Positions 61,883-64,000 of a stretch of DNA of 64,000 nt are shown here, piece by piece. The notes beneath the pieces were generated by a model. It was not told the DNA's origin, made no database searches, and saw only the letters and a program-made list of their open reading frames with translations. Numbering within the stretch: the first letter of the stretch is position 1; every line of letters starts with the position of its first letter. The stretch spans positions 96,043 to 160,042 of IMG/VR virus record IMGVR_UViG_3300009082_000017. One strand, written 5' to 3'. The position numbers were made by a program, and so were the translations under genes. The stretch comes from a virus.

Positions 61883-62413
61883 ATGAAAGTTATACTTGTA
61901 TCTGGAAAAGCACAAAATGGAAAAGACTCCGTTGGGCAAATATTAAAAGAAAAGTTACAAGGAAGAACATTGATTCTTCACAATGCTGACTATTTAAAAT
62001 ATATAGCGAAAGAATATCTTGGATGGAACGGTATAAAAGATGAAAAATCTAGAACTCTGTTACAGAGACTTGGAACAGAAAGAGTAAGGGAAGAATTAAA
62101 ACATCCTTTATTTTGGGTTGAAAGAAGTTGCGATATTATTGATATATTATCAAACGACTTTGACTATTTCATAATTTGTGATTGCCGGTTCCGAAATGAA
62201 ATTTATCTTCCCCAAGCAAGATTCCCAGATAAAGTAATATCCATTAGAGTAGAAAGACTACATTTTGATAATGGATTAAGTGCAGAACAAAAACAACATT
62301 CGTCAGAAATTGATTTAGATCACTTCAAATTTGATTATAAAATTAAATCAGAAAGCGGAATAGATAATTTAAAAATAGAAGTAAATCGTATTGTACCATT
62401 TTTAGAAAAATAA
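61883..62413 (+). CDS. deoxynucleoside monophosphate kinase
   Basis: SGKAQNGKD, R.LLQ.LGTE, D.RF.NE, H.SE. Confidence 0.88.
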   Translation: MKVILVSGKAQNGKDSVGQILKEKLQGRTLILHNADYLKYIAKEYLGWNGIKDEKSRTLLQRLGTERVREELKHPLFWVERSCDIIDILSNDFDYFIICDCRFRNEIYLPQARFPDKVISIRVERLHFDNGLSAEQKQHSSEIDLDHFKFDYKIKSESGIDNLKIEVNRIVPFLEK

Positions 62414-62434
62414 ATTTATAGAAGGAGGTAGACG

Positions 62435-64000
62435 TTGACAGAAACATTTCCAAATGTAAGAAAATTATCAAAAACAGCAGAAAATATTTTAAAACAAAGA
62501 TACTATAATAAAGATGTGGGTGAAAGTTCATGGGAAGAATTGGTAGACAGGGTAATTAATAATGTAATCCCTGATAGTAAAAATAAAGAATTATCAAGAG
62601 AAATGATTTTAAATACATACTTTGTGCCCAACTCTCCTTGTTTGGTTAACGCTGGCAAAAGAGGTGCAGGATTAAGTGCTTGCTATGTAGTTGATTTCCC
62701 AGATACAATTGAGGGTATTTTTAAAACAAAACTTGATTTTGCTCTTATTGCTAGAAAAGGTGGTGGATGTGGAACTAGTCTAACTAAAATTAGACCAGAA
62801 GGGAATTCTGTAGCAGGTAGTACTCATGGATATGCTGGTGGCCCAATTAGATTCGCAGATACCATTTCACATGACGCAGAAGCTATGACTCAGGCAGGAT
62901 TCCGTAGCATGGCAATTATGTTTACCATTTCCGTATATCATCCAGATGTTATAAAATTCATTAATGCCAAACATGGTGAAAATGAAGAGGCTGAAGAAAA
63001 ACGTATTTCTAATGCCAATATGTCTGTAGTAGTTGATGATAAGTTTATGAATGCAGTAAAAAATGGAGAAAAATTCTGGACGGAATTTGATGGAGTAAAA
63101 TATCAAGAATATGACGCACGAACAGTATATGATTTAATTATTGATGGTGCATGGAGAAATGGAGAACCAGCTTTTCTTTTTAAAGGAGCGATAGATAAAT
63201 CTCCATATAATGAAGTTGGACAAGAAATATTTGGAACAAATCCGTGTTCTAGGTGATAGTTTGGATCACGTTAAAAATTCGGTGAATTGCTGGAAATCCC
63301 AAGTGGACAATCAGCAGCCAAGCACGATAAATAGCATAAAAGTATCGTGAAGGTTCAGAGACTAGATGGTGAGAAGCTTAATCAATAATCCGTCAAATAG
63401 CGCCGAAAACTCTAAATGAGTTATGATATAGTCCGACACTCTTAGCAATAAGAGATTACAGATTGGAACAACCACTTCCTCCTAATGGAGTCTGCAATTT
63501 AGGTTCGTTGGATATAAGTAAATTTCTAAATAAAAATAAAGAAATTGATTGGGATAAATTAGATCTTGCAACAAGACTGGCTGTTGAATTCTTAGATAAT
63601 GTTATTGACAAAACCACATATCCAACGAAAGAAATCGAAAAATGGAGTTTTGACAATAGACCTATTGGCCCAGGAATAATGGGATATGCAGATTATCTTT
63701 TAATGACTCAAACCGCCTATGGTTCTGAAAAAGCCATTGAAGAATTAGAAAAAATACTTGATTTTATTTATAATATTGCCTTAGACGAATCAGAAAAACG
63801 CGGTAAAGAATTAGGTATTCCAGCCGAATGTTCTAAGTTGTTTAAGCCTCGCAGAAACATTACTATTATAACGATTGCTCCAACAGGAACAATAAGTTTA
63901 ATTGCGGGATGTTCATCAGGAATCGAGCCAGTGTTTTCTGAGATTACAATCAGAAATGATAAAACTGGTAGCTATACATTTGAAAACAACTTAGCGGGAA
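62435..64000 (+). CDS. nrdJ: class II (B12-dependent) ribonucleotide reductase; exon 1 62435-63250, exon 2 63466 to window end (partial)
   Basis: PNSP.L.NAG, SAC, GGG.G, NANMSV; spliced TNPCS|EQPLPPNGVCNLGS; later RPIG.G.MG, TIAPTGTIS...SSGIEP. Confidence 0.92.
63251..63465 (+). ncRNA. group I self-splicing intron, 215 nt, no ORF
   Basis: P AATTGCTGGAAA (63285), Q AATCAGCAGC (63309), R GTTCAGAGACTA (63353), S ATGATATAGTCC (63423); P3 TTCGGTG/CGCCGAA; 5' exon ends in T pairing with IGS GGATCAC; terminal G; removal restores the frame. Confidence 0.95.

Noticed and set aside
62435-63256. nrdJ as a truncated pseudogene
   Set aside because: The stop lies inside a group I intron; splicing restores the frame.
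2009-63656. All minus-strand ORFs in the track
   Set aside because: Short, antisense to well-supported + strand genes, with no recognisable motifs; e.g. 7172-7378 and 35411-35632 shadow real small + strand genes.

Overview
AT-rich, gene-dense 64-kb segment of a large dsDNA bacteriophage or prophage. All credible genes are on the + strand and use the standard code. Three core blocks: (i) a ~14-kb nucleotide-sugar/glycosyltransferase cluster (11.4-25.4 kb); (ii) a replication block in SPbeta yorF-yorL-like order (SSB-like, AAA ATPase, helicase, primase, RecJ, DnaE, then RecD2; 36.9-50.6 kb); (iii) a nucleotide-metabolism block ending in a class II ribonucleotide reductase split by an ORF-less group I intron (59.7-64 kb). 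Three accessory tracts of small genes (0.1-10.9, 27.4-36.8, 51.3-60.6 kb) alternate with these blocks. The main unexplained signal is a 20-bp palindrome, (C/A)AT(G/A)AAA-N6-TTT(C/T)AT(G/T). About 44 copies were counted by eye, almost all at gene junctions in the accessory tracts. The 6-bp spacer has fixed length and never repeats, and upstream stop codons often lie in the left arm. These sites cut the tracts into units of one or a few genes, and each of the four DNA methyltransferases forms its own unit. An intact XerC/D-like tyrosine recombinase sits in the middle tract. Working hypothesis (inference, untested): a phage-encoded, integron/pdif-like gene-cassette shuffling system. Also present: two TnpB genes, a tRNA(CAU) probably Ile2, Hsp20, five free-standing homing endonucleases (one frameshifted), 12 sigma70-type promoters and a candidate structured ncRNA. 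All assignments are from motif reading; no database searches were run.
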